Shown piece after piece: positions 49,501 through 62,705 of a stretch of 64,000 nt of DNA; position 1 is the first letter of the stretch, and the number at the start of each line of letters is the position of its first letter. The notes beneath the pieces are model-generated. The model made no database searches. It saw only the letters and a list, made by a program, of their open reading frames with translations, and was not told the origin of the DNA. Both the position numbers and the translations under genes were made by a program. Source of the DNA: Basidiobolus meristosporus CBS 931.73. Its lineage: Eukaryota; Fungi; Basidiobolomycota. The DNA lies in NCBI GenBank assembly GCA_002104905.1, contig MCFE01000424.1:1-64000 (forward strand), read 5' to 3'.

Positions 49501-51288
49501 GGAGAAGAAAGATTACTACAGTATGCAACCACTAATAATCATTGAAATCACACACCATACTAACAAACCCGTCAAGCTCCACTTCCGAAAGCCTGTCAAT
49601 TGAACATCTTGAAAGCGCCATCACCTCGGCTCAATCAAACCCTGGGAAAATGCTTGCAAGTACGTTGGATTCTTTTCTTCACAGATTGAAACTTTTTGAA
49701 AGAAACTGACACGTGGACTTGCAGTCATTAGTTCCTTGAATTCGAAAAGTTCCCAGGATTTACTTCCTCATTCCACGTCTTTAATGAAGCTTTTACTTCC
49801 ATACCTTATATCAGAGAAGTATACTACGACTGTAAAGATTGATTGCCCAACATGTCGTTAACTCATTGTTTGTATCGGATGCAGTGTGGAGCTTAGAGTT
49901 TTAGAGGAATTCTACCAGCTATGGGAGAAACTGAATTCACTGATTCCTGAAGAACTTAGTTTGCTAACAATCAACCTGCTGAGCTCTACACCAGATTATG
50001 CATCGTAAATACACTGTGAATCTGGTAAATTGGCTATAGCTCACCTTTGTCTACAGGGAATGTACACCCCAAGACCTGTTCCGAGACCCGTTGATCTTAC
50101 TCAAGGTGCATACATCTGTATTCCGGAAACCTCCGCTATACCAGATTTTTGTAAGAGTATGTATTGACTGTCATTATCGCTCTTGGCGTGTATATATACT
50201 AAGCAACGACTACCCAGATCTTAGGTATATATATGTCCGCTTCACGTCAAAAATATCGCCGGCGTTTCCAAATGTATCATATCAATAATGGCAAGGTGCG
50301 TATTCCTTCGAGCCCTTCGTAGATCCACTCCCGTTCACTTACGAGGTTCTGTAAATCAGCGTGTGGTATTCACTGAGGCCCATCTTACGTCAATGTTGTA
50401 TATCCAAGATACTGCTATCATGCAATATCTCTTAGACGCCTGTCAGAAAAGAATGGAAGACGAATTGCAACCAGGTAACCCTTCTGTCATTCGCTGGTGG
50501 ATATTTCTTGCTCATCACTGACCGCTCCATTCCTGCTAGATGTTTTGGACGAGATTCGAGTAATCACTTGTGGATTTTTACACCAGATTTTCCTTGACAA
50601 CAAGCTATATATCAAGTTGATTCATTTCCAAACGTATAGCACGGAGCTGCTGCCAGTCACCACATTAGGAATCCCATCAATGCGTATCCTTCTCCATCTC
50701 ACACGTGCCCTTGGCTCGTCTTTTCCTGAACCCTCCTTAACTCAGCTAACCACAGATGTATGCATGGAATTTATTCCGGAACTATTGGCTCAGCCACAGG
50801 TTGACAAACAAATGTTCGGGTTGAGGCTATCTGGATATCTGTTCAAACGGTACCCGTTAGCATCTAGGTAGGTTCGCCTTTCACCCCCCCCCCGAGCAAC
50901 CCTTTTTTGACTTAACCAACCTTTGCCCTTAGCTTCGGTTTGGCGAAAGATACGGTGATCCCCAAAATCCAAAGTATCGTTCTTACCATCAATGCGGTAC
51001 CGGAACAAATAGCAGGTCATCTGCCTAACATTGTGGAAATCACGGGAATGGTGGCTGAAGCGTTCCCTAATACGGTTGATCAATGTGTTGAAATTCTAAC
51101 CGGTAGGGCCAATGTGCAATCACTCGGAGAGTTTGTCCCCGTTTTAACGAATCTCCATCGCTCAACCAGATATCCGAAACCAAACCAATCACTTGTCCTT
51201 CCCTAATGATGAAAATGAGGGTCAGAAAATGAAACTTAAAGAGTCTATCTCCGCAGTTCTCAAAGCCTTGGGACGGCCGGATAACTAG
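46527..51288 (+). CDS. INTS2: Integrator complex subunit 2, many short introns; start codon uncertain (about 46.5 kb)
   Basis: ICQAIPHRALAIRYLL..QLPDLALRITLD and CGFLHQIF..KLIHFQTYSTELLPVTTLGIPSM/VCMEFIPELLAQPQVDKQMFGLRL match the conserved INTS2 blocks LCKMNPSQALKVR..LPGLGVALTLD and LHQMYI..KLVHFQGYPCELLP..GIPSMHICLDFIPELIAQP as recalled. Last exon ends LGRPDN-stop. Confidence 0.9.
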
Positions 51289-52029
51289 TGCCTCCAATAC
51301 GAAGCCAACTTTCTAGGCTTACACAAGCCACGTATCCACAAGAACCATGTCCGAAACTATTCTAAGAGAAACTGAACATCCCTCAAGAGGTCAGCCATCA
51401 TAGATGGATGCACCTATTCAATTCACCTGCTCCTAGATGTAATATAGCTTTCTTCTTACCAACCATATAAACGACTTTATCGCCAAGAGACGCGACCTTC
51501 ACGAGAGTGCCTCGAAGCTTTGATTGTCATGCTGCCGTGACATAGCACCCCCCCCTCAATCAATAGTTGAAAATGTATGTGTGTGGATAGATGCTATTTG
51601 TTCTACAAAAATTTCAAAGCTTGGTTGCAATCAAAGGACTCATCAACCAAGTAAATGAAACGATTCACGTGGCTACTGGATTTCAGTTAGCCAGCATTCG
51701 CGCGGTACGACCATTCGGCTCCAAGGCGGAACATCCGAGAACCAATACTGTAATAAGGGCCATCTCGAAAAGCATCACTCCTCGGGGGGGGGGAGCAAAA
51801 TGGTTTCTCACCCAAAGCAGGCAGCTGGGGAAAAGTAAGAAGCGATGATCGATATGACTATTGCATTGGAAAGCAAAAAGGGGACCACAAAAATGGATGC
51901 CATGCTAATGCACCACATCTAGGAGCTCTCTGATGATTAATGGGGATGAAATTGGATCAATCTTACTCCAGATACTTTTTATTCCAAATTGCGTGCTATG
52001 ACGCTATGCAAGAATTCCGAAGTTGATTA

Positions 52030-52302
52030 TTAGAGCGAATCGAAAGAGCCACCAGCTTCGAGGTGCATGCGAATATGGCCACTTATTGGGTCTCTGCTAT
52101 ACTGGATCATACAATTCGGCTCGAAGAAACATTTGAGAATGATTAGCGTTATGTAGGTTGGAACCAGTAGAATACAGAATGCTAGTGGTAACAAGATGTA
52201 TTTTCGGCAAAACGGCGAAGTGCGAAATGCGACAATCGATATGACTATTGCTGTCAAAAGTGTAAGGTGGATAGAAGGAAAGGACAGCATGATGCTACCC
52301 AA
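52030..52302 (-). CDS. Small two-TM hypothetical protein, with a degenerate paralog at about 51780-51910
   Basis: Two hydrophobic stretches. The 17-mer ATCGATATGACTATTGC (encoding AIVISI on the minus strand) is shared with the upstream copy. Confidence 0.35.
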   Translation of the reverse strand: MGSIMLSFPSIHLTLLTAIVISIVAFRTSPFCRKYILLPLAFCILLVPTYITLIILKCFFEPNCMIQYSRDPISGHIRMHLEAGGSFDSL

Positions 52303-52799
52303 CTTTCATGATGGAGATTTTTAAGCTGTCAAATGACTATTGGATGTTAAAGTGAATTAATCTTACCCCATTTTTCTATTCCAGATCGAGTCCAGACCAA
52401 TGATTGGCTTGCTGGTGAATCTGGTCGAGATATTGAAGTTCAGCCACTCGACGTAATTCCACAATCCATAAGGTTACGGAGAGAGGAGTTCACAAACTTC
52501 CAGATGAACACAAATCGTTCCATTAGGCGAATAAATTAAAGCCAGAGTTGCTGGCATCCCTACAAATTCCAATTCCACGTTGTTCCCACTGCTTTTGAGA
52601 TTTGGGGGCAACCTCATGGACCAACTAGCGCATGCTCAGTGAATGATTGGCTAGTGTGGCAAGGCCTGCTAGCACCATATTAAGTGTTCAGCCTTTCGCA
52701 TGAACCACTGAATATGGGAAACGCTTTCACGCCATGTGATGTTTGGTATGTCATAAAGGCGGCGATTGAAAGTTACGTTGATATCGTTTCAGAAGATGA

Positions 52800-53400
52800 T
52801 CACCAACAAACCAGTATACATATGACTATTTTATCCTCTTTATATTACCCCCTGGACATGTGAGCAAGCAAAAGTATTAATATTCACGCCCTCGCCTACA
52901 GAAGTATTCCAACTGCCTAGCATTGAGATCACCATTCTTGTTGAAACTCCACCTCCTATTGATACTCTGTAGATTGTCATCAGTAGTATACACACATCTA
53001 ACCCAGCATCATGGCTGATATCATATTTCATCACATGGGTCGCAACACCTTTCCTAACCTTGGCACCGGTACAGAAAGCCCCAAGATTCATAGCAAGAAC
53101 TGCCCATTTTATGGACAAGAAGTATCCAGAAACCACTCTTGTCGAAGGAGAAAGAGTAGCAAATTCCTGTCTGTGCGTAAACGGAACCGACACGATGTAC
53201 GAGATGGCCAGCCATGTATGCATCAGGATGCAACCAAATCAATAAGCCTCACCGAGTCGAATACAAATCTGATAGAGAAGGATGCATCATCAAATCACCA
53301 TTTTGAGACCGGCCAGAACAATAGGCCATTTCTAAAAATTCACCAAAGCGTAAATTGGCTGAGGAGGCTTTGTCATTTTGACAGGCTGAGACTGAACGCT
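52800..53400 (-). pseudogene. Possible decayed 7TM receptor (Git3/cAMP-receptor-like) relic
   Basis: Frameshifted hydrophobic pieces LAGLKMVI, SFSIRFVFDSVRLIDLVAS and VSGYFLSIKWAVLAMNL resemble TM1-TM3 patterns. Contains several stops. Confidence 0.35.
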
Positions 53401-54299
53401 TCGTAGCACCCGCTTCTCACACCCTTGTATCCTTCAATATTTCATTCTTAGTCTGCTAATAACTTGCGCACTGTTATGACTTTGGATTCCTTCACTGTAA
53501 TCACAACTCTAATACATGTACCACAGAATATAGCCACTCTGTTAAGGTTGTGGAGTAGCGAACTACCATAACGGTGCTATCCCTAGAACCATGAGTATTT
53601 TCGGATGATACCACTGGATCACCACCTGCCACAACTAGCTCATCTTGGCTCACTGATAGCTGTAGATTTTCTTGTCTCAACATGGAGATAAATATGGCTT
53701 CATTGATTCTTCATAATCTTGCCAACATTGCGCATTTTCATGCTTTATATCAGACCAACATTGAAACTCTACCGTTGATTACGCAAGAACTGCATGTGGA
53801 AGCTGCACTGGCTTACTGGCATAGATATTTAGTAGTTTGTGCGAGCAAGTTAACAAGGCACTAAACAAGTGCATCGGTGAATAACACGGCCTTAATAGCA
53901 CTAATATACATCATAACAGAGGCCATTCATATATCGGACATTCCCAGCCAGATTTATGTTCTGATGTTGGTAAAGTGCAAGTGATAGACAGGGTAGAAAT
54001 TCACCCATGCAATGTTTTATGTATTGGTGAGGTCTTGAAAATTAGATCTGAGCCAAAATACCAACCTATTAGTTAGTCTCCATAGTCATGATTCTATGAA
54101 ATGTAAGTTGATTTGCCAGGCATAGGCTATAGGTGAAGCTAAGGAGTTTTCTGTACCAAGAACTTTTAGACTTGAGGTTTGGTAAATTCATCTACTGAAG
54201 TCATCCAACATGACAAGTGAGGTGACAATTATGCCCTCAGTCTCGCCTGTAATTACTGGACCCCTCACGGCAAGATGTTTTGTATTAAATAGTAGTGTC

Positions 54300-57117
54300 C
54301 TGCACATTGATCACTGCTAGCCATCCGGCATACCACAATCAATGGCGTGTATCTACTGGATAAAACGTACACCGGTGCAGATGATTCGACCATCAAACTC
54401 GTCATATGGAAGTGTGGCACCCTTCGTTCTCATCCTCCCTCCTGAACAATGCCATCAATTGGGTGACTGCTGGCAAATAAAATACACATGGCTCGGAAAC
54501 CGATCCAATCTTGATTTTGATGAGGGCTATGTTTGGACGCTGCTAAGAATGCCAAGGTCGACTAGTAGTGAAATGCGGGTAGATCGAATTTCCCCCCAAC
54601 ATGTTAAATTAACGATCGGAGCTATGTTAGCAATAAACAACTCGCTAATGCTCCGAACATAAACGGGGAGACGCGGTGGTACCGCCTGATACCTATACCT
54701 CAACCTGCCAACATATGACATATGGTGCAAAGCATGGTTGAACGATGTCATGCTGCGTCTAATGTCTTAGCCATTAAATCAATTAGCTATATGTGGAAAC
54801 CGGATATATAGACCCATACCAATATCCGGATCATTGTAAGGTGCGATATGCTCTGAAGGGAACGGTGATCCCAGTCACACGTGATGCATCGTGTAGCTCA
54901 CTGTGTAAGCCGGAGAACTATTATTAGACTGCATTTATTGTGGTGCGCATTAGAAAATCGTATGGCAGCGACTCCATATTGCATTACTACTAAAGAATAT
55001 GGCTCGTGTTCGTCATTAACCATTTCCTCAAATCCATCAACCGGATTGGCTATGCTGTTGGGGAATAATATTGCACCAACGCTCGCACATAGGGAAAATA
55101 AAAATACATGTAATGCTATGCGAACTCATAGACACCAATGAGGTAATAAGCATCGCTAAGGCAACTGTCTATGCAGCGGTAGTGCTTCATCAGATGTATC
55201 CTTCAATCCAACGATTAATCGATACTACAGACGCTCACTGCCGGCTACATGTGTAACATACCACTCTGACCTAACACCAATCAAAACCCCCCGCAATAAG
55301 CGCCTAAGCCATTGATGTGTAAGCAGCAAGCAAGTGTCTGAATCCAATTAAACCTAGATCAGGTACCCTCATATTTGGGAATGTGATACGGCTGTCTAGT
55401 GTGCAGTGCTGGTCATCAAGCTCAAGTGCTAAGAGAGAAGTCGAGGAAAACCTCCGATAAGCAATAGGCTCCACATATACCGAATAGGCCAAACGATGGC
55501 GTAGGTACGAGCGCAAGGAAGATTGGCTGTGGAATCGATTTGGCTCGTTGGAGACACGCGTATTATTACGGTGGCATGACCTCCACCATGCAGCCATGGA
55601 CCCGCCAAGTTGGCAAAGATATTTCATAGCGCTCACGTTATCTGAGCGCATTATGATTTGCAGAATGCAAACGAATTATGTGGAAGTCCATCTAAACTTC
55701 ATCTCTTCACCGTGATCAATCTGAACTGGTTGGAATTCGCAGCTTCGGTTGAAAAATCGCCTGGTTGTACTGTTTAGTACGTGATGACGTGGTGCTCACA
55801 TATTTTTAGCCAAGTAGGACCACTTAATGGCGTGATTCCGGTATATCTCCCACCTGAATTAGGCTTGAAACCTGGCATATCATGATTACTAGTGGCCCCA
55901 TCTGACTCCTAGTGTACATGGGTCGAATCCTATACTGATCTCCACTCATATGCCGCGAATTTGACACGTCTCTTATTGTTGTCATATCAATATATGGAGT
56001 GAGTAGAAGCGCACCATTGGTTTCACAGATATAGGGTGCGTAATTGCAAGCTTGGTAACACCGGTGCTCCATCCTGATTTATTCACCTCCCTCAATGACC
56101 AATTATCAACGGCACATTCTTGAGCAATATATCTTCATCAGAAGCATTACATTAGAAAGAAGCGCAAACTTAATTTAACAAACAAACACGAATACTACCC
56201 ACAGTGACTGCCCATATGAGAAGCTGTCCTTTCCAGTACTTTCGCCGTACTCTGTGTGGTGCACTAGGATTCTGTGGACATTCCAGACACCGCGGCTGAG
56301 CGCACGCGCGCCGAACGTAAGGCCAGGGATGGTAGGCTCCGAAGCGACGCAAAGCTCCAAGGGCACGAGGTAGCGAGCAATTCGATGGCTGTTCTGGATT
56401 CGGCGATGGGTGGTGTGCTACATTGTGGATATTCAACAGACTGAAGCAGCCCGTAAATACCTGTCGTAGCAAGGATGAGATCTCCATGTAGGAGCCTGTA
56501 TTCAGGGCTAACTTTATTCAGGATCATTTGTGGAGTGTACCGATTAAACAAACTTTAAACTCTTGAGGAGTCTAGAGTAGAATCGGAACTACACCACCAA
56601 GCTGCGAGCTAATGGCCGGCCGGAGACAGACAATTGGGGAACGCGCTATCATTCCAAGATGGATATCGCAGCAAGCCCTGTATGATCGCCATACCAATCT
56701 ATCGGCCGTTTCAGGCGAAGGAGCCCTACAATTGCCAATATATGTGACAGAGGCTCATCACTTGTCACGCCGTGGGTTTGGTGTGGTCTTTGATGGTAGC
56801 GTGAAAGTATCATTCCAATACTGATCCGTGCCAAATATGTTGTTGCCAATTCGATGGTATTCCCTGGTGTTCTGACTAATAGTTACTAATCCCAATGACG
56901 GTTTCGGAAATTCCTTATCATCTTGATTTGAAAAGTGCGCTGAGAAAATAGGGGCAATTGATTTTGGAACCTTCCATTCATCTAAGCAAAGATTATCCAA
57001 CCTCTGTTCCAAAATGTTGCGTATGTATCCCGCACATAAATTGGCGGGTTCTTGGAAGAGCCATTCCAAGGACCTAGCCCTGTTTGGCTCGCTGGTGAAT
57101 CCATTTGTTTGAGGCAT
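54300..57117 (-). pseudogene. Long decayed gene relic of unknown family, divergent from the cyclin
   Basis: ATG ORF 56758-57117. A continuous protein-like frame broken by single stops runs IGMAIIQGLLRYPSW..SLFNRYTPQMILNK..(56264-56690). Downstream extent uncertain. Confidence 0.35.
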
Positions 57118-57750
57118 CCTTAGTGGCTATGCAATCTTGCCTCAGTGTTCCTATTTTGGATTATGGATATTATGAGAATCCTTGATTAGGGCAATAGTTT
57201 GGGCCCTTAATGAGAAAATCCTGGATAGTATGTAAGCGTGAGCCCTGATGGTTGGCCTACATCATCCCCGAGTATTTGTGATCAGTATTGTTCGTTTGAG
57301 GCAAGTGATCAATGACCCTGGTTGATCGAAGCGGCTGCGCTCACTCATTGGCCTGGTCTGGTTATTCGCAGGTGGATTTTTTTCGATGGAACTGGGATCA
57401 CGGTTGGATTTACAATAAATACCCTCCTCCCGTCGTAGCGCTAAATCGTAGGTAGAGCGTAGCGAATAATCTCTCCTAACCTTCCCCTCAATTCCTATCC
57501 AAGCCCGCTTTGGTTCTCCTTAGCACATTAGCTTGTATTTATCTCCCACCCATCTATCTCCAAACTGTTCTGCATACTTCCGCGAACTTTTCGTATCTCG
57601 CCTGAGTACGTTGTAAATATTTCGATTTAACGTCGAACCAACGTCATAGAAAAGCCCATCCACCAGGAAGTGCGACGAACACATCGCTGTACATACTTCA
57701 ATCATTCATTTTTGTCCTCCACTCCATCCGGAAGTTAGTTCCGCACCGCA

Positions 57751-58785
57751 ATGCAATCCTTCGACTTTGCTGCTCACCCCGTTTCTGAAACGGTAGCATT
57801 GCTTGCCGAGTATCTTACCAGTATCGCCCAGCAGAACGATTCGAATATCGTCCATCTATATGACCCAGCAACAAATGCCCCATATTGCCCTGCATACACA
57901 CCTTTCCACGCACGTGGAGTCCCCTCCATCGACATTCAGGCGTATCTTACTCGCATTCTCAAGTACTGCTCTTGCTCAAACGATTGTCTCATCGCCATCA
58001 TGGTGTACTTCGATCGTTTGACACGCGGGATGGGAGCCAAGGGGCCGCGCAAGTTCGCCGTGGACTCGTACAACGTCCATCGACTGGTCATTGTTGCCAT
58101 CATGGTTGCCACCAAGTTCTTCTCCGACGTGTTTTATACCAATGTTAGATACTCTAAAGTTGGGGGGCTCTCTGTCTCCGAGTTGAACTTTCTAGAAATG
58201 CAATTTTTGGCCCTTCATGAGTTCAATGTCCACATCAACCCCAGTGAGTTGCAGCGATATGCTGACGCGCTGCTGAATAACATCAGCCCAGTGGCCAGTC
58301 CTGCTCCTGCTCCTGCTCCCAAAGCTAGCGAGACTGAATTGGCCCGATTTACCGCGCCAGATACCCAGCCAGCTACGATGCAGACCTGGACGCCCCCCTC
58401 AACACCAACTCCTTCTGGTGAATCCACCCCGATCATCGTGAACTCCAACGAGTTCAAGAATGCCTGTCACTTGAGCAAAAGCTTTTCATCCGCGGATATT
58501 ACTATCCCGGTGAAGAAGAGCTTTGTGGAATCCAGGATTGGGACGATTCCTCGCTCCACCCCCACAAGGGCCGACCTCACAAGCCACTACTCGTCCTCTG
58601 TCCCGCTCAAGTCCCAGCCAAGGAGTAGTGCGCGAAGCCGAGTAGTAAGTACAGAAATGGGGAAATCTATAGATTTGTTGTTTAAGAAATCAAGTATTCA
58701 AAGTGGTAGAACATACGACTCCAATCTCAGTAACATTTTGGGTACAAATACGAGTCGGAATGTTCACGCGTTGAAGTCTTGGTAG
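57751..58785 (+). CDS. PHO80/PCL6-7-type cyclin (Pho85 partner family), intronless, with Ser/Pro-rich tail
   Basis: Cyclin box FHARGVPSIDIQAYLTRILKY..VYFDRL..NVHRLVIVAIMVATKFFSDVFYTNVRYSKVGGL...ELNFLEMQFL. Confidence 0.95.
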   Translation: MQSFDFAAHPVSETVALLAEYLTSIAQQNDSNIVHLYDPATNAPYCPAYTPFHARGVPSIDIQAYLTRILKYCSCSNDCLIAIMVYFDRLTRGMGAKGPRKFAVDSYNVHRLVIVAIMVATKFFSDVFYTNVRYSKVGGLSVSELNFLEMQFLALHEFNVHINPSELQRYADALLNNISPVASPAPAPAPKASETELARFTAPDTQPATMQTWTPPSTPTPSGESTPIIVNSNEFKNACHLSKSFSSADITIPVKKSFVESRIGTIPRSTPTRADLTSHYSSSVPLKSQPRSSARSRVVSTEMGKSIDLLFKKSSIQSGRTYDSNLSNILGTNTSRNVHALKSW

Positions 58786-59639
58786 ATTATCCATACATCA
58801 ATCAAATCTGTTGACCATTTTTGTTCAAATTACTGGTTATTTTCCAACTATGACTAACCCTTAATACATGGGGTTTTCTCGTCACTTCTTCTATGCTTAT
58901 TCTAACTAATAAAACCATTGGATCCTACGTACGCGGTGTGGGTATAGGAATCATGGGATTGTTGGCTTTAGGGTAATTGCTGATCAAGTTGACGATTGTG
59001 TACCCATGTGCTGATTGGAGGATGGTGATGGCTCATAGGGTGGGAGTGGCACCTCATTACTGAAGCATATTACGTCGCATTGTTTCCGTCGGAGGACAAA
59101 CCTCATTCAGCACAAGCACTTGGATCCCATCAGCGGTGGGGTCTCTGCTACGCTTGATGCGTAGTTGACTGCTGCACACAAGCAATTGGTTGCGTATGTG
59201 TTGTACAGAGGCACCTGTATAAACCCAAATCGACTTCGGAATGGAATGCCGCAAATGCAGGCCGATGCACCAAGAATGCGTTGGGCTGGTATATGTCATC
59301 GGATTAAATATGGCCAACGCATGATGGAGTTATGGTTAATTGAACCGACACTCCGCCCTGGTATGACCAACCCTCAGCATGTACTGAAGATTCTTGCGCG
59401 TTTCGAAGGAGTTCTCATTTGGCCCCCACGCCTACTGTTTAGCAAGCATTCATTGAGCATCGTGTATAGGACTGCACAATTTGTGCACCACAATTGGTAA
59501 TGCCGGCTTGAGCTCGCCAATAGTCATTTCGAATGAGTATCGGATGATTCTTGTATCGGCTCATGTATATTCGTGAATATTACCCCACGTCCTTATGTTC
59601 GCTGTACAAATCCATTTCGGTCGATATCCCGACTACTGA

Positions 59640-60205
59640 CTACTTTCATGTGCAAGTTGATTGGGTGTGTAAATATTCAAGTAAATAGCCACCAAGGCGG
59701 ATGTTATGCTGAGGTAGGCCTAGATTATCCACAACAATTTGTTCCCGTTTGGTGAGGTGCGATGGGCTATGTACTCTTTCTGTCTTAATCGTAGCGCTGT
59801 TTCCGGAAGGCTGGTAATCTTCAAATCGATTGCCAAACGTGTGCAATGAGAAGAAATTCGGCACTGGTCGCTTACGTACTTCACTTCCGTAACAGAAGTG
59901 GTACTCTTGCGCATGTCATCTTCGAATGGCGCTAGCCACTCAGGTTTGGATATTGACGCTTGGTAGCATAAACTGTGGAGATGCCTTGGGTTGATCTTGT
60001 ATTAGTTATGGCTCAGACGATTGAGGGAGAAACACATGACAGATGAGGGAGCCAGCAGGGTATCCGAGTCAAAGCCACTAAATGGAATCTCTAGCTCGAG
60101 ATCCCAAATGTGGTACTCAGCTAAGTGTGGTAAAAATACGGCTGTCGCAAGGTGCATACTGATGAGAATATCGCCACATTCGCGAGCCATTAGCAAGTCG
60201 TCCAC
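59640..60205 (-). pseudogene. Stop-interrupted reading frame of unknown family
   Basis: ORFs 60002-60205 and 59720-59914 lie in one frame separated by a single stop. Confidence 0.25.
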
Positions 60206-61747
60206 AAATGCTACATCTGGGATTTATTGTAGATTGCAATCTAGGTTGTTTCTGAGATAAAGCTAACAGCAACATGATAAGCATGTGGCAAAACCTGACG
60301 GCCCCATGGCAGAAATAAATATATATGGGTCGATAGTAATTCCTTCTCGGCTTTTCACGTTTCACACCTGTATATATATATATACATATTAGTGTCTCAC
60401 CATAAGGTCGATTTATTTTATCTATCGAAATCCCCAACCTCGAGATCGGCATTGTATGTTTATTGGTAGGGATTGTGACCTCGCTCATGATTTCCTTTAT
60501 CCTGTATCCAGACGTTTTCGAGGAATTGAGGATAAAGAATCTGGGGTGGTGGCTCTGAGAGGCTGCATGTATTGGGCATATTTGGTCTTGTCGATTGGAG
60601 TTCGCGAGAATCCTGTTTGGTAATTGACAGTGAGAAAGTTTGACATGGCATAGGGTGGGGTGTTGCTTTGAGGCCCCCTTACATACACTACGAATCATGG
60701 CCGTGGGAGCTTATGCCTTCGAATTGCACCTATAGGTGTTGACTATTAGCTATGGATATTGGATTTTTAGGTTGCATAAGGGAGTGTGATCAGCATAATG
60801 GTATTAAAGGCGAGTCTACTATGTTGCGCCATCTTGCTCACCAACACGCCCTGCTGAGCTCAGGCTGTGTTTCTCTGCATCGTTGCTAACGCACACATCC
60901 AAGAGTCTCCCTTAGCTAGACGAGTTTTTGCCGAATTAGGTATGCTTTTTGCACTTTCATTGTTACTGTGAAACCAATTAGTCTGTATGAGAGTCGTTTC
61001 TATTCTTATTGGCTCCATACATCAACATCTCGGCATTCCCTCATGCTAAGTATCCATAATGATCAGGTCAAGTTACAATTCTTACACTTCATATTATTGA
61101 AAAGATATAAATGCGATATTGCACTGTATAATGCCAACAGATGTCGACCATGTTATGGCCTTTGTAGTAATTCGCTGTCTGTATACACTTCTCTATGTTC
61201 TGATAGCTTATCGACTTGACTCTAGTGATTAGATATGCTTATTAATTTGCCAATTTTTGAGATATACTGATTTTGATGAAGTTGACACCTGACTAGAAAC
61301 TGATCTAGATATCTAGCCAACTCTAACCCGGTCTTAATGTAAGAGTCTAGGAGAAACTTGATGTGATTCCTACAATATAAGAGGGGAGACAAAGATACAA
61401 TTATGGTGATATCTTTATATCGCCAAGTAGTTACTAAAATTGCTTGAACTAAAAAATGAAGAAACCAACTAAGAGTTTTTAAATTTCCAAAGTAAATAAT
61501 CTAACTTAAGCTTTGTTTCTTGGGTGATGTCATATAGAATTAGTTGAAGTTTTTCTTGAGAACAGAAAATTGATGAGTCTGGGGGAATCACAAATTGTAA
61601 GCAAAGCTTATCTATATTGTTGTAATCATTATGCTGTCACCTAAGTACTCATACTAACTCAGGCACATAAATCTAAATTGGTGATTAGCAATCTGTCATG
61701 AACAAATCTCTTGTTGGGATTTACTAAGAGTATTTAGACTAAATTAA

Positions 61748-62079
61748 TGTTGTAAGAGTCTTGGAGATATTGGAAGTGATTTGGAGAACAAGTAGATTAT
61801 GTGGCTTTCACTTGATGATTTATTGAATGTAAAAGTAGTATTTATACTTTTACCTGGTCTTGGCATTACAAACACCTAGAATAGGTTAAGAAAGGTCCCA
61901 AGAACATGTGTGCAAAGTTTGGGGCTGTTTGGACAACTTATCTAATTTTCATGTTCTGGGTAAATATTCTAAGTAAATCCCGACAAGGAATTTGGTCAGT
62001 ATTCTCTAGAATTTGAGGGTAATGATCTAAGTGACTAAATTAGGTGAATATTTAGGTGGAATTACGAATTTTTACAACA
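61748..62079 (-). mobile_element. Copia solo LTR, reverse orientation
   Basis: TGTTGTAAG...TTTACAACA; imperfect 5-bp flanks ATTAA and ATTTA. Confidence 0.9.
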
Positions 62080-62590
62080 ATTTATAGGTGCACAGACTAA
62101 GACCCTTCTCACAGTAACCCAAAAGACCCCAATATTTGCATGCATATTCTTGGTGTTGTAAGACTCTGGGCTGAAGTACAGTCAAGTAATTGCAAGGTGT
62201 AGCTATTGAGCACCATATATTATGTCTTGCAGAGCTCAGAATATCTCATAGCTCTACACTACAGATTTTTAAGATTTAATTATACCAATGTCATCTTGAC
62301 GCTGATACTTATTATCCTTGCTATAACATTGCAAGATTGTACTTCTTTGATATTTATTTTTTGGGTAAAGAGTGTGAAACCATTTGGGTGAGCTTTTCTA
62401 AATGAATATCAACTTGTCACACTGATAGATATAAATTTGACTCTATATCTACATCATGACTGCCCACAACAATATGTACTGAACACCTGTACTTTTCATG
62501 ATATATTCAAGGCATATCCTAACAAAGCATATAGGCAGGCATAGTTAAGTTCATAAGCTATGATAAGATTAGATTAATATATGTATATAG

Positions 62591-62703
62591 TGTTGTAAGA
62601 GTCTTGGAGATATTGGAAGTGATTTGGGAGGACAAGTAGATTATTTGGTTTTCACTTAATGATCTATTGAATGTAAAAGTAGTATTTATACTTTTACATT
62701 GTC
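62591..62703 (-). repeat. Reverse Copia LTR fragment abutting a forward LTR
   Basis: Matches 61748-61860. Confidence 0.8.
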
Positions 62704-62705
62704 CT

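Noticed and set aside
49685-49699. Apparent premature TGA in INTS2
   Set aside because: A downstream acceptor (TTGCAG at about 49724, with a CTGAC branch site) fits the phase-1 donor and places the stop inside the intron.
59000-59500. GMC oxidoreductase relic (GRSVGSINHN)
   Set aside because: Similarity to the GGSSxIN motif is too weak and unsupported by other motifs.
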